From NCBI GenBank assembly GCA_001662655.1, contig KV460218.1: 64,000 nt of DNA; one strand, 5' to 3'. The position numbers were made by a program, and so were the translations under genes. Positions 48,657 to 61,974 of the stretch are shown piece after piece. The notes beneath the pieces are model-generated. The model did no database searches and was not told the origin of the DNA. It saw nothing but the letters and a program-made list of their open reading frames with translations. The first letter of the stretch is position 1. Every line of letters begins with the position of its first letter. This DNA comes from Pseudogymnoascus verrucosus. Lineage: Eukaryota.

Positions 48657-50371
48657 ATGTCTGCCTCCCCTATCGAAACCAGGCTGTTCATCAACGGCAA
48701 GGTGCGACATAGATTCCATTTAAACCTTCAGTTCGAACTCCCAATCCCATCCGTAGCTAACCGTCTTATCCTCTCTTCCAGTTTCAAGCCATTGATGAGT
48801 CTCAAACTTTTGATTTGCACTCGCCTTCCACTGGCGAATTCATAGCTAAAGGTACGGTGTATCATAAGCTAAGCCCCGGCTTCCGCACTCCTCATACCCA
48901 TTTACGTATCTTGGCCCATACTAATTGACCACAGTTCCCGAAGCAACCGCCAAAGATGTAGACGCCGCCGTCGCCGCGGCCAAGGCTGCCTTCCCAGCTT
49001 GGTCCGCCCTGTCCCCCAAAGAGCGCAGCGTCTATCTAGCCCGTCTCGGTGTCCTCTTCGCCGAGCACTCCGCTGAGCTTGCACAGCTCGAGGCGAAGTC
49101 GATGGGTCGTCCAGTCACCTCGTTCTTCGATGCTGGCGCTGCTTCTGACTACTTTCGTTACTTCTCCGAAGCTGCCTACCCCATGGGAACCTCTAGTCTT
49201 AACACCCCCGGTTTCGTCAACATGGGCGTGAAGCAGCCTTACGGCGTCTGCGGGATCATCATCCCATGGAACGCACCGCTGATATTTTTCTCAAAGAAAG
49301 GAGCTGCTGCACTGGCAGCTGGTAATACCGTGGTTCTAAAGAGCAGTGAGAAAGCACCCTTGACCGTAAGTTGCTCCCCTGAGAAGCCAGGACTAGCTAA
49401 ATAATTTACATAGTGCGCAAAAGCTGCTGAGCTTGTGGCCAAAGCCGGCTTCCCGCCGGGAGTGTTCAACATTCTCTCGGGACATGGCGCAGCGGGAGCT
49501 GTGATGTCGTCGCACATGGACATCCGCATCATCTCGTTCACAGGTAGCACGCGCACAGGGCGCGCTATCCAAAAGGCTGCTGCGGATTCGAACTTGAAAA
49601 ACTGCATTTTCGAGCTCGGTGGAAAATCACCGGCATTAGTATTCGAGGATGCAGATATCGAGCAGGCGATTCAGGCGACTGTGCCGAGTATTGGATGGAA
49701 CAGTGGGCAGACGTGAGTTGTCTACCTATTCTTAGAGCCCTCCATGGGCCACTGCCATGGTAACTAACAGAATCCATAGATGCTTTGCGAACTCAAGAAT
49801 CTACGTCCACAAATCCATCGCCCAGACCTTCATCGAAGGATTCAAAACCAAATTCATGAGCGCCAAGCTCGGCGACCCAACCCAGGCAGGCACAACCCAA
49901 GGCCCCCAGGCCGACAAAGTCCAACACGAGACAGTCAAGCGCTACCTCGCCCTCGCCGAAAAATCCGGCACCAAAATCACCGAAGACCTCCCCAACGTCT
50001 CCGGCCTCTACATCTCCCCCACCATCTTCACCGACACCCCCGAAGACGCACAGATCATGAAAGAAGAAATCTTTGGACCGGTGGTGCACATCAACACCTT
50101 CGAGGGCGAGGCGGAGGCGATCGCCAAGGCGAACGATACAGAGTACGGACTCTATGCGTCGGTGTTCACTAAGGACATCGATCGCGCGATGAGGGTTAGC
50201 AAGCAGTTGGAGGCGGGGACAGTGGGGGTGAACTGCTCGAGCCCGACGAAGGGGAATGATATGCCGTTTGGGGGGTGGAAGGGGAGTGGGATTGGGAGGG
50301 AGAGTTATATTGGAGGTGTGGAGAGCTTTATGGAGGATAAGGCTGTGTTGATTAAGGTGGCGCCGTTGTAG
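48657..50371 (+). CDS. NAD(P)+-dependent aldehyde dehydrogenase
   Basis: Five exons; IIPWNAP, ISFTGST, FELGGKSP (catalytic Glu), NSGQT|C (catalytic Cys across an intron), EEIFGPV, PFGGWKGSGIGRE. Confidence 0.93.
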
Positions 50372-50651
50372 GGGCGGAGGGGGTTGTTTTAAGATGTTTC
50401 TTCGTTTGAGACATCGGTCCAAGCTCTTGTCGATCTAGTTGTCGATCGGACTCTATCCCCTGTTGACAGGCACATGTTAGAACCTATCTCGATGGGTCTT
50501 TATCACAGCCACCAATAGACTTCAACGACAATATTTATTAGGCATACGTGAGTAGACATGCTCTAATCGTTGTAGTAATTCCTTTCATGGAACTCCAGCT
50601 ATCATACGTAGGCTGCATAATTTCGTCAATACCACCACCCACCACCATAAA

Positions 50652-53485
50652 CTACTCTATCTCCTCAATCCTTGGGCCAGGGCCTGGGCTTGGGCTAGGA
50701 GCCGCACTTCGCGGGGTTAAAGACAAACCCCCTAGTGTCCCCAACCGCAGCCCCAAGTTGAGGCCTGTATTTCCGTCAATATTGGCTCCAGAAAACTCAT
50801 TCATTTGCCAATCATTCAACTGCTCCAGCGTCTCTCTGGCTTGTTGCCTCACCAACCCATCATTATCCGTCCCGGATATATACTGGAATATCCTCATCAC
50901 ATCAGCCAGACTCTGGCCTGCGAATCCAATACCAATATCCTTGCCGGCCTCCCTCGCCGAGCTAATAGCGTTAACAAGCGCATTAACGACCGTAATTGCC
51001 GAACGTCGCAGAATAGCCTTTTCAGGATCCGGCTCAAGGGGTAGCATGTTGATTGCGAGATCCACACCACCACCAACAATAGCAGCACCAATTCCAGCGA
51101 CATTCGAGTCAATGGCCGAGGCAAAGACAGACAGCGCAGAGGCACGAATACGGACATCTTCTTCGTCACGCGTACCCTCCCAGCCCTCAACAATCTGGTT
51201 CATAATCGCATCCACGTTAGGATCATGATCCTCGGCTATATCATCAAGTTGTGGCACTGGGCCTCCCCAGGCATCTTCAGCAGCCTTGTTTTTGCGCTGC
51301 TCGGCCGCACGACGCTTAGCCTTCGCTTCTTGTGATTTAGGGCGATAGCCCCGACGACCTGCGAGTGCGAGGAGGCCCTCACATACGTGACGGGCCACGT
51401 CTCCGGTGAATGTCTCGCCTGCCTTTTCGATAACCTGCGAAAGGGCTTCACCAAACCTCAGGCGTGTGTCAAGGCTCAGATCTTCGTTGGCGTCGAAGTA
51501 TCGCTCGAGGATGCCGTTCAAAACGGATTTTGGGTGCGATATAGATAGCTGAATGAAAGACTTGATGACTCGGAGGTAGATGTATTCTTCTTCGTCCTGG
51601 ATAAGGGATGATAGCAGGATCATCGCCGCGGGGACATCGAGAATAGGACTCCTTCCCGTTATCAATGTTGTCAAGAGATCTACCCCTTCCGCTCGTACAG
51701 GCGCCGGCGAGTCTGGGGACGTAATATAGCCAGTAGCTAGCTTGTAAGCACGCCTGTCCTCTAATACCCGCTCGGAGACCGTTGGAGGTGGAACATCGAA
51801 TGCGTCTGGCTCTATCAATTTGAAATCTAACAACATTAACAGATTCTGGGCTGTTGTCGACGACTCGTTTTGTGCTTTCGCCGTGTCGGCGAGCGCTTCT
51901 TTTATTGAAATGATGAAACTTGGGTTCATGGATGACGCTTTGAAGGATGGAGAAGTGAACACCATATTCAGTAGGCTCAGCGCTATGGCGACGGTATCAT
52001 CGTTTTTCATGTCTTCTTTCCGATTGGCTCGGAGGAGAATATTGCAGCTCAGTTCCAGAACTTGCCCGGATTCCTCAACGAGCCTGTCTGGCACAGTTTC
52101 AATGAGGCCTTGGAGCAGTTTCGCATCTATTATCTTTTCCTCGTAATTTCGTGGTGGGCGAGATCCAGGGGTCGACATTACGAGTTCTGATGCGGCGAGA
52201 CCATCCTCTTCAACTAGCCAGCGTCTACATATTGCAATAAAAAGGTTTGATATGCCGAATGCATCGCTCGTAGAAGCCAACTTGACAACATCCAAGAATG
52301 CATTAACTTTGAAGTCAATCGACTTGTAATCGACAACTGTGTTAAGATGGAGGAGTCTTCCCATATGTTCATCTTCCACCGGAGTAGCTTTCTCAATGCG
52401 AATACCCCCTTGTGGAGACTTAGTATATTTCCATCGCATTAGCCTCCCGCCGTGGGTTTTTGTGGACATCAAATTATCAGCTATGCGGATCAGCTGGGCT
52501 CCGTCAACTGAAAGTTGGAGAATAATATGCAATAGAAATCCAGCCGGCGCACGATACTCTTCCAGTTCGTTGTCCTTTGCTGACCATGACGCGAGAGACC
52601 ACAGTGGAAGCACAATGTTTCGTAGAAGTCGTCTTGACAGACCCGGGTTCGGATGTGAGCTTATTAATGAAGCAAGTCTTCGGAGCCCATCTGCCAGCTC
52701 AGCTGGAGAAGAAAGAATACTCGGTCCTACTGTTGTTTCACTGTCGATCTTGGCGAGAGACCGACCCTGACTGGGATCAATACTTCTTAGAATGGGCTCC
52801 GCAAGGAGCTGCCATCCTGGAGCGTCTGCACTAAAATTTAGAGTCTACCTCTACCAAGCATTCAAATTGCTACTTACCTGGGGGTGCGCCAAACTGAGGC
52901 CTCCCGAGAATACCATATCCAATTACGTAGGCTGCCACTTTAACCATGTCGAGCCCTCCATTACCATCTAGCAATGAGAACAGTTGGGGAGCAAGGTGCT
53001 CAAACCAGTAGTATGGCGTCACGCCTTGTGGCGGAGAGCATATCAACTGCGTAGCAGAGGTGAGTGCTTCTGGTGAAATTTGAGGACCTTTGGATCTTGC
53101 CTCCTGTCCTTGCGCCTGAGCGGTGGCAGCGGTGGTTGGATGCACAGAGAGTACAAATTCGATTGTGCTACGGACACCTCTTGGTCGGAGTGGGAGAAAC
53201 GATAGCGCACGAGAAATATGAGGATGAAGCCATGGCTTCACCCTGTCAGGTTTGACAAGTGAGACGAGAGCCGGGAGGAGAACATACGCAGCCGTTCTAT
53301 GAATGGTTAGCTGTTGGTACCGGGGCAGAGCGAGTTCAATCTTCAAACCTTTCGAGAAAAGTATCAAATTCCTGGATCCCTGCTTCGGCTTCTTCTTTCG
53401 ATAGCTCGGGGTCGTGTGCTGCCTCTCCAAGCCTGATGATGTCTTCCTCCAAAGCGAGAGTAGCTTTGCGGTCGATGGGTGCCAT
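50652..53485 (-). CDS. RTP1: Rtp1/Tango6-family armadillo-repeat protein (RNA pol II nuclear import)
   Basis: Three exons; LPLRPRGVRSTIEFV, SPAPVRAEGVDLL..DEEEYIYLRVIKSF..LDTRLRFGEAL, EDVRIRASALS, DNDGLVRQQA. Confidence 0.75.
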
Positions 53486-53986
53486 GTCCCCAGGATGGGC
53501 GGCCAGAAGTAGTCGCACCTAGGTTAAATGTTGGGAGAGAAGATGATGGGAAAATATAAGGATCTTTTGAGCTAGCTGTGGTGGAGTTCGTTGATACAGT
53601 AATTTGTAGCTCTCGTGCAGTGTGGTGGTCTGATGCGAACTGACGGGGACAAGATGAATTAAAAGCGATTGGTTGGTAATATAATCAGCAACTATGAGTT
53701 ATGATATAGTGCTGTAGAAAAGGAGTGATTCAGCTGGGATATAGTTTGCTACCTTGTATATGATTAAAGAATAGGAAATATGGGAATGTTGATAGAGTCA
53801 AAGTGGTCGAATATCTCGTCATGGTCTGAAGTTCACGAGGCTGAAGCCTCGCGTTGTCAGATCCCCCACACGTCAACATACGCGACCACGACCCCACATA
53901 TGCGCAACGACAGTTAGATTCACCTCTGTGCACACTGCGAAACTCTCCAACCGCTCAGTAGAGACAATCCAGTCCTCTCACAAACG

Positions 53987-54344
53987 ATGACCACCGACCT
54001 CAATGACGCGACTGCGTCTCTCTCCCTCACAAGTCCCCCGGGACCAGACGACCTCTCCCCTCTCGAACAGGACGTCTTGGAGGAGTATGAGCGCCTGGCT
54101 GACAATATGAAGAAGGCATGTATTATACCGTCCATTATCTGTCTACTCGTGCTAATATAATATGCAGCTCGCATCCCTCCTTGACGGGTTGGCAGGCGCA
54201 CCGACCGCTGAAATTCTGGATGGACTGCTACAGTTGGAACGCAAAACAAGCTTGGTGTTTACACTCCTGAAGGCGAGCGTGTACAGTATTGTGCTACAGC
54301 AGGAGATTTACTCTGGCGATCAAGGTGCTGGACAGGATCACTAA
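53987..54344 (+). CDS. DAD3: DASH/Dam1 kinetochore complex subunit Dad3
   Basis: LSPLEQDVLEEYERLADNMKK|LASLL..EILDGLLQLERKTSLVFTLLKASVYSIVLQQ; requires a GC-AG intron at 54116-54167. Confidence 0.9.
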
Positions 54345-54562
54345 GGGCTAATTCTGGAGATTGGCTCCTGGGAAGGCGTGGGCTGAGGGAATGGGAGTTA
54401 TGGCGTTAAGGATACCCAGGATTGCTGGTGTGAGAATGAATAAAGGCACAAAATAAATGACCGGGCAGCAGTGGCTTCTTATCTTATATATACTACAAAT
54501 TCGCTATACAGTACCACCTCTAAACGTATCAGTACACTATCCCAGACCCCAAGTCCCTTTCT

Positions 54563-55896
54563 TTACGCTTCAGCATCATCCGTCCTCTGCCTTTTGGGAA
54601 GTTGCTGGTCTCCTCCATAGTAAACCTTGCGCACATCGACCAACTTCTTGCCTAACCCACGAGCAACCTCATCCGGGATCCTCTGGTTCATCAACGCTTC
54701 GTATGTGGCTTTGGCCGTGTTCATTTTGTTCCTCGCGAACGGGACACGCGCAGCTATGTCGGTGATACCGGCAGCGCGACACATTTCGAAGATAAGGTAT
54801 TGGCAGCGGAGTCCAAATCCTGGAAACAAAATTAGTACCGCATTGGAAAAGGCGAGACATAAAGGTTGTCATAGGGGGACTTACCAGGTGGCCTCGACAT
54901 CAACTGAACCCTCACAGCAGAAACTTTCGCTTCTACGTCGCCAAATATCGTCCTATCTTCGTAGCGCGGAACCGGCTTCATGTTTTTGATAGCAGCCATG
55001 CGAGATTGATTCAATGAATCTGACATTTCTGCAGCCTTCCCCTCTCCCAATCCAAGCATGCCATTCCCATTGCCAGCAATAGACAACGTATAGAAGCTCT
55101 GAATTCGGCCTAAACGTGTCATATTTACAACCCTATGAGAGACGATCTTCTTGACGTCCAGATCCATGACTTGCTCAAGGCTCATTCCAGTCTGCCTCCT
55201 CAATCTGTCGAAGGTACCGGTGGGGTCGCGCTTGTCGACAAAAGTCGAGTTTTGGTACATCCCTACCATGCTTGGAACCTTTGGTAGGGCAGGCGCAAGG
55301 ACGTCGGACCCAAACTTGCCGCCGCCTGTCATCGATGGGGTTTCGTCGATGAACTTCTGTAGGTCTAGCCTTGTTATGGGCACAGCGTTAGGCTCGGTCA
55401 GCCCCTGTAATTCTTTTTCCTCCGTCATCTTTCCTAGCCATTCGTTGACCTGGTCGAACCGCTCCGTCTCATTTAACCAGCGCGCGTCTTTAGGAACAGT
55501 GCTCGCGGCCTTCGGTATTTTGTCTAGAGTGGGGCGAAGCACAGAGAAGTCGTCGAGATATTTGAATGCGTAGGGGTCGTTGCGGATGACACCTTGGCTG
55601 CGGATGTCTTCGATATCGATTGCCTCCTCGCCGGCGGCGATGACACGCATTTGATCGGGGGTGTATCTTTTCGACAAGTTCTTCTCATCTTTCTTGGTGT
55701 AGCTCTTCAGCACCGGGCCTGTGGGAGCCTGAGATACCAATCCCATATCCTCGGCCTTGACACTGGCAAACCGAGGACGGCGTCGTGCCGGAAGAGACTG
55801 GGTTGTTGAGAAATCTCGGCATTGGACCATTGGGCGCGCCCTCGCAATTGATGATGCGGAGGAGAACACACATCGTGCTGGGCGTGAGACGCTCAT
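54563..55896 (-). CDS. MRPS5: Mitochondrial small-subunit ribosomal protein uS5m
   Basis: Presequence MSVSRPARC..; [60 protein letters not shown]; one intron. Confidence 0.9.
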
Positions 55897-56072
55897 CTTG
55901 AACACCGCGGTATGAGGCGGCTTTTTTTCTCGGCTTCCTCCCTGAGTATGAGGTTGGTGCAACCGTACCTTTGGCGATAAATTTAAGTTGCCGCAACAAT
56001 ATTTATCCGGTGCCGAATTGGCCTCGAAATTATTTTGAAATAGATGCACTCTGATTCGGTATTCGAACCTCA

Positions 56073-57947
56073 ATGTTCAAACTTTCTAGGGCAATTTCTA
56101 GAAATCTGTTCGTACCATTGAGAACGGTAAGACAGTTTAATTACCGGCCAATGGAGACAGAACGAAAGATTGCGCCGGCGGGCGCCGAGAATCGCAAGAG
56201 AGACCACCAAGGTGGGCGCGGGAACCAAGGCGGCCGTGGAAATAAGAGGCAGAAGACACAAAAACAAAAACCAGTGAAGGAAGGGTCAACAGAAGAGGTG
56301 TTATTAGCAGATGTGACGGATCTCTTTTCGAGGCAGCGACTCGAAGACCCCAAGAATGGCGAAGTCAGCAGCATCGCAGAGGGCGAGTCAGAATCGAAGA
56401 CCACCCTACCAGCACCATTCACAGAACTCGATGTCAAAGTGTTGGAGATATCATCTACGGGCGATGGGTTGGCTGTAGCCCCTGGCTCAGACCAGATTTA
56501 CGTCGTCCCATTCACGGCACCAGGCGACATTGCGCGAGTCAAAGTCATCAAGCATTTTGAGAAACACCACTACTCTCTCGCCGATTTCCTCAGTGTCGTC
56601 GAACCATCACCACTCCGAGATGATAGTCGAATTGGCTGCCAGTATTTCTCCAAGTGCTCGGGCTGCCAATTCCAGATGCTCGACTATTCCACTCAACTTG
56701 ACCACAAGAAGTCCATCGTCGAAAAGGCATACAAGAACTTCTCACATATTCCAACTGAGCTGGTGCCCGCTGTTCTGAATACCATGGGCAGTCCATTACA
56801 ATACAACTACCGCACGAAGCTCACACCCCATTTTGACGGACCGCCAGGATATAGGAGTCGCGCCGACGCCAGGCAAGGCATAAAGAAGGCCTTTGAGAAG
56901 ACTCCAGAAATTGGCTTCATGCAGAAGAATCGCCGCATAACTCTAGACATTGAGGACTGTCCCATCGGCACCGACGCCGTTCGTAAGGGCATGAAGAGTG
57001 AGCGCGCCCGCGTGGCCGTGGAGTTGGACAAGTACAAACGTGGTGCTACGATTCTGCTCCGCGAGTCCACTCAGCGAGTGCCAAACTCGGAACTCCCATC
57101 ACCAATCCCGGAGAACACAATCGCTGTCCCAGTCGAAGGCACTGAGACTACAGATCTCAAAACGTGCATCACAGACAACAACGCCACCTCAACCGAATAC
57201 ATTGAGGACTTCACTTTCACCAACCCAGCTGGCGCTTTCTTCCAGAACAACAACTCTATCCTCCCACCATTTACCCAGTACATCCGCGAAAATATCATCC
57301 CTCCCGTTTCCTCGAGCGAGCTGCCAGTCAAGTATCTAATCGACGCCTATTCCGGCTCTGGCCTCTTCACTATCACCCTCTCCTCCCTCTTCGAATCTAG
57401 CACCGGCATCGACATTTCCTCCGCCTCCATCGATTTCGCCTCCAAGAACGCAGCTCTCAACAACATCCCCGAGTCCAAAGCCTCTTTCCTCGCCGCTGAC
57501 GCCCCTGAACTCTTCAAGTCCGTTACATACCCAGCAGATGAAACGGTAGTAGTGATTGACCCGCCGAGAAAGGGCTGCGACGATAGTTTCCTTAGGCAAC
57601 TACTCAGCTTCGGACCAAGGAGAGTGGTTTATGTGAGCTGTAATGTCCACACGCAAGCTCGTGATGTGGGTGTGATGGTACACGGGTACGTTAATGGAAA
57701 GGATGGACATGGAGGGTTGGGCAGGAGGTATAAGATTGAGAGCATCAGAGGGTTCGACTTCTTCCCCCAAACTGGGCACGTAGAGGGTGTTGCCGTGTTA
57801 TCGAGGATTGATGAGCCTTTACCAGAAATCATTGCTACGGATGTAATGGAGGGAGTGGAAGATAAGCTAGGCGCAGACGTGGCCGATGCAGAGGGGATCA
57901 TTGCAACCGGCGCAGTTGAGGGCGTGAAGCCAACAAGCGATGCATAA
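56073..57947 (+). CDS. TRM2: tRNA (uracil-54-C5)-methyltransferase
   Basis: TRAM-like N-terminal region, CQYFSKCSGCQFQ, YRTKLTPHF, AFFQNN, DAYSGSGLF, IDPPRKG, YVSCN, FDFFPQTGHVE. Confidence 0.92.
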   Translation: MFKLSRAISRNLFVPLRTVRQFNYRPMETERKIAPAGAENRKRDHQGGRGNQGGRGNKRQKTQKQKPVKEGSTEEVLLADVTDLFSRQRLEDPKNGEVSSIAEGESESKTTLPAPFTELDVKVLEISSTGDGLAVAPGSDQIYVVPFTAPGDIARVKVIKHFEKHHYSLADFLSVVEPSPLRDDSRIGCQYFSKCSGCQFQMLDYSTQLDHKKSIVEKAYKNFSHIPTELVPAVLNTMGSPLQYNYRTKLTPHFDGPPGYRSRADARQGIKKAFEKTPEIGFMQKNRRITLDIEDCPIGTDAVRKGMKSERARVAVELDKYKRGATILLRESTQRVPNSELPSPIPENTIAVPVEGTETTDLKTCITDNNATSTEYIEDFTFTNPAGAFFQNNNSILPPFTQYIRENIIPPVSSSELPVKYLIDAYSGSGLFTITLSSLFESSTGIDISSASIDFASKNAALNNIPESKASFLAADAPELFKSVTYPADETVVVIDPPRKGCDDSFLRQLLSFGPRRVVYVSCNVHTQARDVGVMVHGYVNGKDGHGGLGRRYKIESIRGFDFFPQTGHVEGVAVLSRIDEPLPEIIATDVMEGVEDKLGADVADAEGIIATGAVEGVKPTSDA

Positions 57948-58076
57948 ATGTCTCATTGATGTATAACTCCGTATATAGACAAATGAACAAGATCAACAAT
58001 GTCAATAACTACCTATTATGATAACATGCCTACCACCCCTTTACGCTTGATCAAATTTTCAGGCTCCGGACCCAGG

Positions 58077-60291
58077 TTACGCAGCCGCCGCTAGTTGAAG
58101 AGACTTCGTACCACTATCCCCCAGGAGCCTTTGCAACGCTTCTACTATTATTTCCAAAACCTCTTGGCTCCGACTCTTCCTCGCGCACTCCTTGAGCGCC
58201 TCTATGCCATCCGCCTCTTTCACTTTTGTGGTGGCCTTCTCGCCTCCATCCCCTGGTGCATTCAGCATATTCGACACACACACGACTCCCCGGTGCCTCA
58301 AATCTTCTTCATCCTCCTTGCACAACTTAAGCAATATAGCTACACCCCGCTCGCGTCCAAGAATCGCAGTAACGGCGGTATCCCACTGCGTCAAGCTTGC
58401 TAGCGCACCGCCTGCAGCTCGCCGGGTTGCGAGGTCCTCCGAATCAGCCAGAGCAAGTAGAATGTGTAGTCTATTGCTAGCCTGTTTGCTCCCGTCCGCA
58501 AACTTAGCGACACCAGTGGGGCTCTCCATCAGATTGCAGACCAATTCCACTGAGGCTCGTGTAACCAGAGTGTTGTTCGACAAGAGGAGCTCGTCGATAC
58601 TAGACCAACCATCACGGATAATGGGATCTCGCGCATCGTTGTCAACAGACGCGAGATTCGTGAGCGCAAGGAGCGCTTCAAATGCAGGTAGTAAATCCCG
58701 TATCTCTGCCGTTGGGTCATCAGATAGGAGAGATATGAGTGGCCGGATCGCTTGGTTCAGCGGATGCGGATTTGAGCCACCAAAGATATGGATTGGATTC
58801 GTGGATATGAGAATTCTCGCAAGTGCATGGGCTGTTGTCCTCTTAGCGTTTTGGTCCGTCTCAGGAAATTGATTGTATGCGTGCAGGAGCAGCTTCACTC
58901 CGCCTTGCTGTGCAATACGCCCGCGCAATTCGGAAGAGCGGGATATGGACAGGAGAATCTGGACAATGAGTTTTAGGGATGCCAGAGAGCCTTGTACAGA
59001 GTGAGATACAAGGACGGGTATAGCCTCTGCTTTGAAAACGGCGGTGCACCTGGCGGCGACGTGAGCATCACTATTTAGAGGGTCTGCCTCATGAGATGGG
59101 CGGGAGGCATTGGCGTAGGCTTTCAGTTGAGTTATGCGTTTTTGCTCTTCTGTGAGCGAAGGAAGGTAAGTGGTGAGATTGACGAGAATGGAAAGACCTC
59201 CGTACGTCGTAGAAGACTTTGGAGGGTTGGTCTCGAGAACATGAAGTATGCTCTTAAGGAAAGCTGGGTCATTGGCAATCTTCTCCTTTACCACTGGCTG
59301 CAAAGAGGCGTATGCAAGGCCTTCTATTGACCCTTTGTGGAGCGACTCGTCGCTGGTGGAAAGGTATTGATTGAAGATATCTGTCAGTTCGTCGACGTTT
59401 GTCACTGCTGGCTGTATTTTTTCTTTCGAATCAGCTGGAGCTGACGGGACGGCCTGGAGACCTAGTTAGCTTATCTACTTGCCATGTTTGGATACAGTAT
59501 TGCAGGTAGCTTACCTGTAGCTTGGCCAATATAACAGCAGCCAAATTCCTGACGGCAGGTGTATGTAGGCGCTGCTGAAGAGGCCCATCCTCGACGACAG
59601 CATATCTTTCCGACTTATGCAAGTCGTCTATAGCCTTGGGCGCCTCAACCACGATCTCCTCCAGCCATTCCGTGCAGTACTTCTGGATTGCCTCGCGGCA
59701 AGCACCATGCATGCAAGCGACATTTAGCATATCAAGACATGCCTGTTCCACTTTCTTGCTCTTCCACTTTCTCTTCATTAAAGGACCCAGGCCATAGACA
59801 AACCCTGGGCTGAGGAAGAGCTCAGCAGACACATCTGGTATGACTGGAAATGTACAAGCCGCAACTGAGAATGCGATGATGAAGTCATCATATGTACCCT
59901 TCTGCACTTTGTCCTTAAAAAATCGAGTTAGGAAATGGAGACCCTGCTCGCCAGAAGCTTTAAGATATGCTGAGAGTGTCATGGTTGCGTGTCCCCGTAT
60001 GGAATCTCCTTGTCTCATATCCAGATAGGCGGCAAGGGTGTCGAAACAGTCGGCATCGATGAGAGGCGCCAGCTCTTCTCCCACCGGGGGATTACTCTTA
60101 TCGTCTCTGCTCAAGAGACGTGTTAACGCATCGAGAGTAAGGCATGTCTCGTCGTCATCCTGCCCGCCCTCGACGAGGCCGGCGAGCACAACCAGAACCT
60201 CATCACTAACTGACTCGGATCTGCTGAAGTCGACATTTGGCCCAGCTTTGACGGTGGGTTGCCGCAGCGGGGGATTAGCTTCATCAGACAT
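58077..60291 (-). CDS. CRO1: UCS-domain myosin chaperone (CRO1/She4/UNC-45 family)
   Basis: Two exons (intron about 59463-59515); EGLAYASLQPVVKE, RGRIAQQGGVKLL, AHALARILISTNP, FEALLALTNLAS, RASVELVCNL, LRHRGVVC. Confidence 0.88.
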
Positions 60292-60789
60292 ATTCTGATT
60301 GCTGCTTTATATAAGGTCCATAGTTGATATGAAGGGATACAAAGGAAAGAGAGAGATAGATTATGATGATGAGCGAATATGGCGGGGCACTTTCTGCCGC
60401 TCTTATCGTAGCTCTATGTGGACTGATAAGCCAAGCTCTCTGGGTTTTAGTCAAGTCACATGGCAGGGCGTCATCAAGGCGACGGCTGACTGGGGTCCGG
60501 AAATGGAAATTCGCGGTCGCCTCTCTAAAGAGTCCAAAAAGTCGCGCTCGACGCATGTAAATCAAGACATTGCATGGCTGTCGCAGGCGACGGAACCCAT
60601 TTTGACGATATAACGTTTCTGTGATCTATAATCCACCTACAGGCTCCGGATGCCATATGAAAGAAACTAAAAAGTGGTCGACGAAACGGGTCTGAGCCAC
60701 GGCAACCCTCGTGGACAGCCTGAAGTCGACTTGGAATCAGTCTACGAGTGCTCCCACAGGACAGGCCTCAAGGCTTCAATAACGTCACC

Positions 60790-61974
60790 ATGAACGCCGT
60801 TGATGGGTCTGATCACTATGAGCGCACAATAACGGGTACTATATTCTTTCCTGGGTGGATGCCAGCGCTAACCCTTCTCCAGAGGAGTCCCCGTCACTTC
60901 TAACAATCGTCCTCGACACGAATCCCCATGCCTGGGCGCTCCTCCATGATACCCTACCTCTTTCCAAAGCCGTCGCCAATCTTATGGTATTCATAAATGC
61001 CCATCTAGCCTTCAACAATTCCAACCAGGTGGCAGTTGTCGCAAGCCACAGCCATCGTGCGGCATGGCTCTATCCCCGCCCTCCCAGTGCGCGCGGGGCT
61101 GGAGAAGATACAGCGATGACCGATGGGCATGATCGCACGACCAAGGCCCCAAACGACGCGAACAAGTACCGCCCATTCTCTCTTATCGAGTACGACCTTC
61201 TCACTTCCTTACGAGAGCTCATCGACTCGACGACTACAGAAGACGTCGCCTCCACAACCACCACCCAAATGGCTGGGGCGCTGACCCTCGCACTTTCATA
61301 CTCGAACAAGGCCACAGTGACCTACAACGAGTCCGGTGTCTCTCCCAGCGGCAAGTCCCACCCCGACGGAAGTGAGAACCCCACAGATGATGCCCCCCGA
61401 GGGCTCCTGTGCCGCATCCTCGTCATCTCCGTATCAGGAGACTTAGCACATCAATACATCCCTATCATGAACACCACATTCGCGGCCCAACGACTGCGGA
61501 TCCCAATCGATATTCTCAAGTTATCAGGAGATACCGTGTTCCTGCAACAGGCTTCCGACGCCACGAATGGAACCTACATGCAACTACGCAACCCCCAAGG
61601 CCTCCTTCAATCTCTTATGCTCGGTTTTCTCCCCGATCAGAGCGCGCGGACACATCTAATATCTCCAACACAAGAGGTGGTTGACTTCAGAGCGGCTTGT
61701 TTCTGCCACAGGAATGTGGTTGACGTCGGGTTTGTATGCAGCATTTGCCTAAGCAGTACGTCCTTCCCCTCATACATATCTGGCACCGCTAACATATGTA
61801 GTATTCTGCTCGCCCCCGGAAGGTGCGATTTGCCTTACATGCGGAACACATCTCGCCCTCGGCAACTACGGCGCAAAACCAGCGGTCGTGCCGAGGAAAA
61901 AGAAGAAGAAGAGGAGGATTGTTAATGGTACCGAGTCTGGCTCAAATGTTGGGACACCAGTGCCCGGCGAATAA
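60790..61974 (+). CDS. TFB4: TFIIH subunit Tfb4/p34
   Basis: Three exons; PSLLTIVLDTNP, QYIPIMNTTFAAQR, VFLQQASDATNG, VDFRAACFCH..GFVCSICLS|IFC..CLTC. Confidence 0.93.

Noticed and set aside
6899..50371. Carnitine biosynthesis cluster (BBOX-like gene plus aldehyde dehydrogenase)
   Set aside because: The genes are 40 kb apart with unrelated genes between, and their substrates are unknown.
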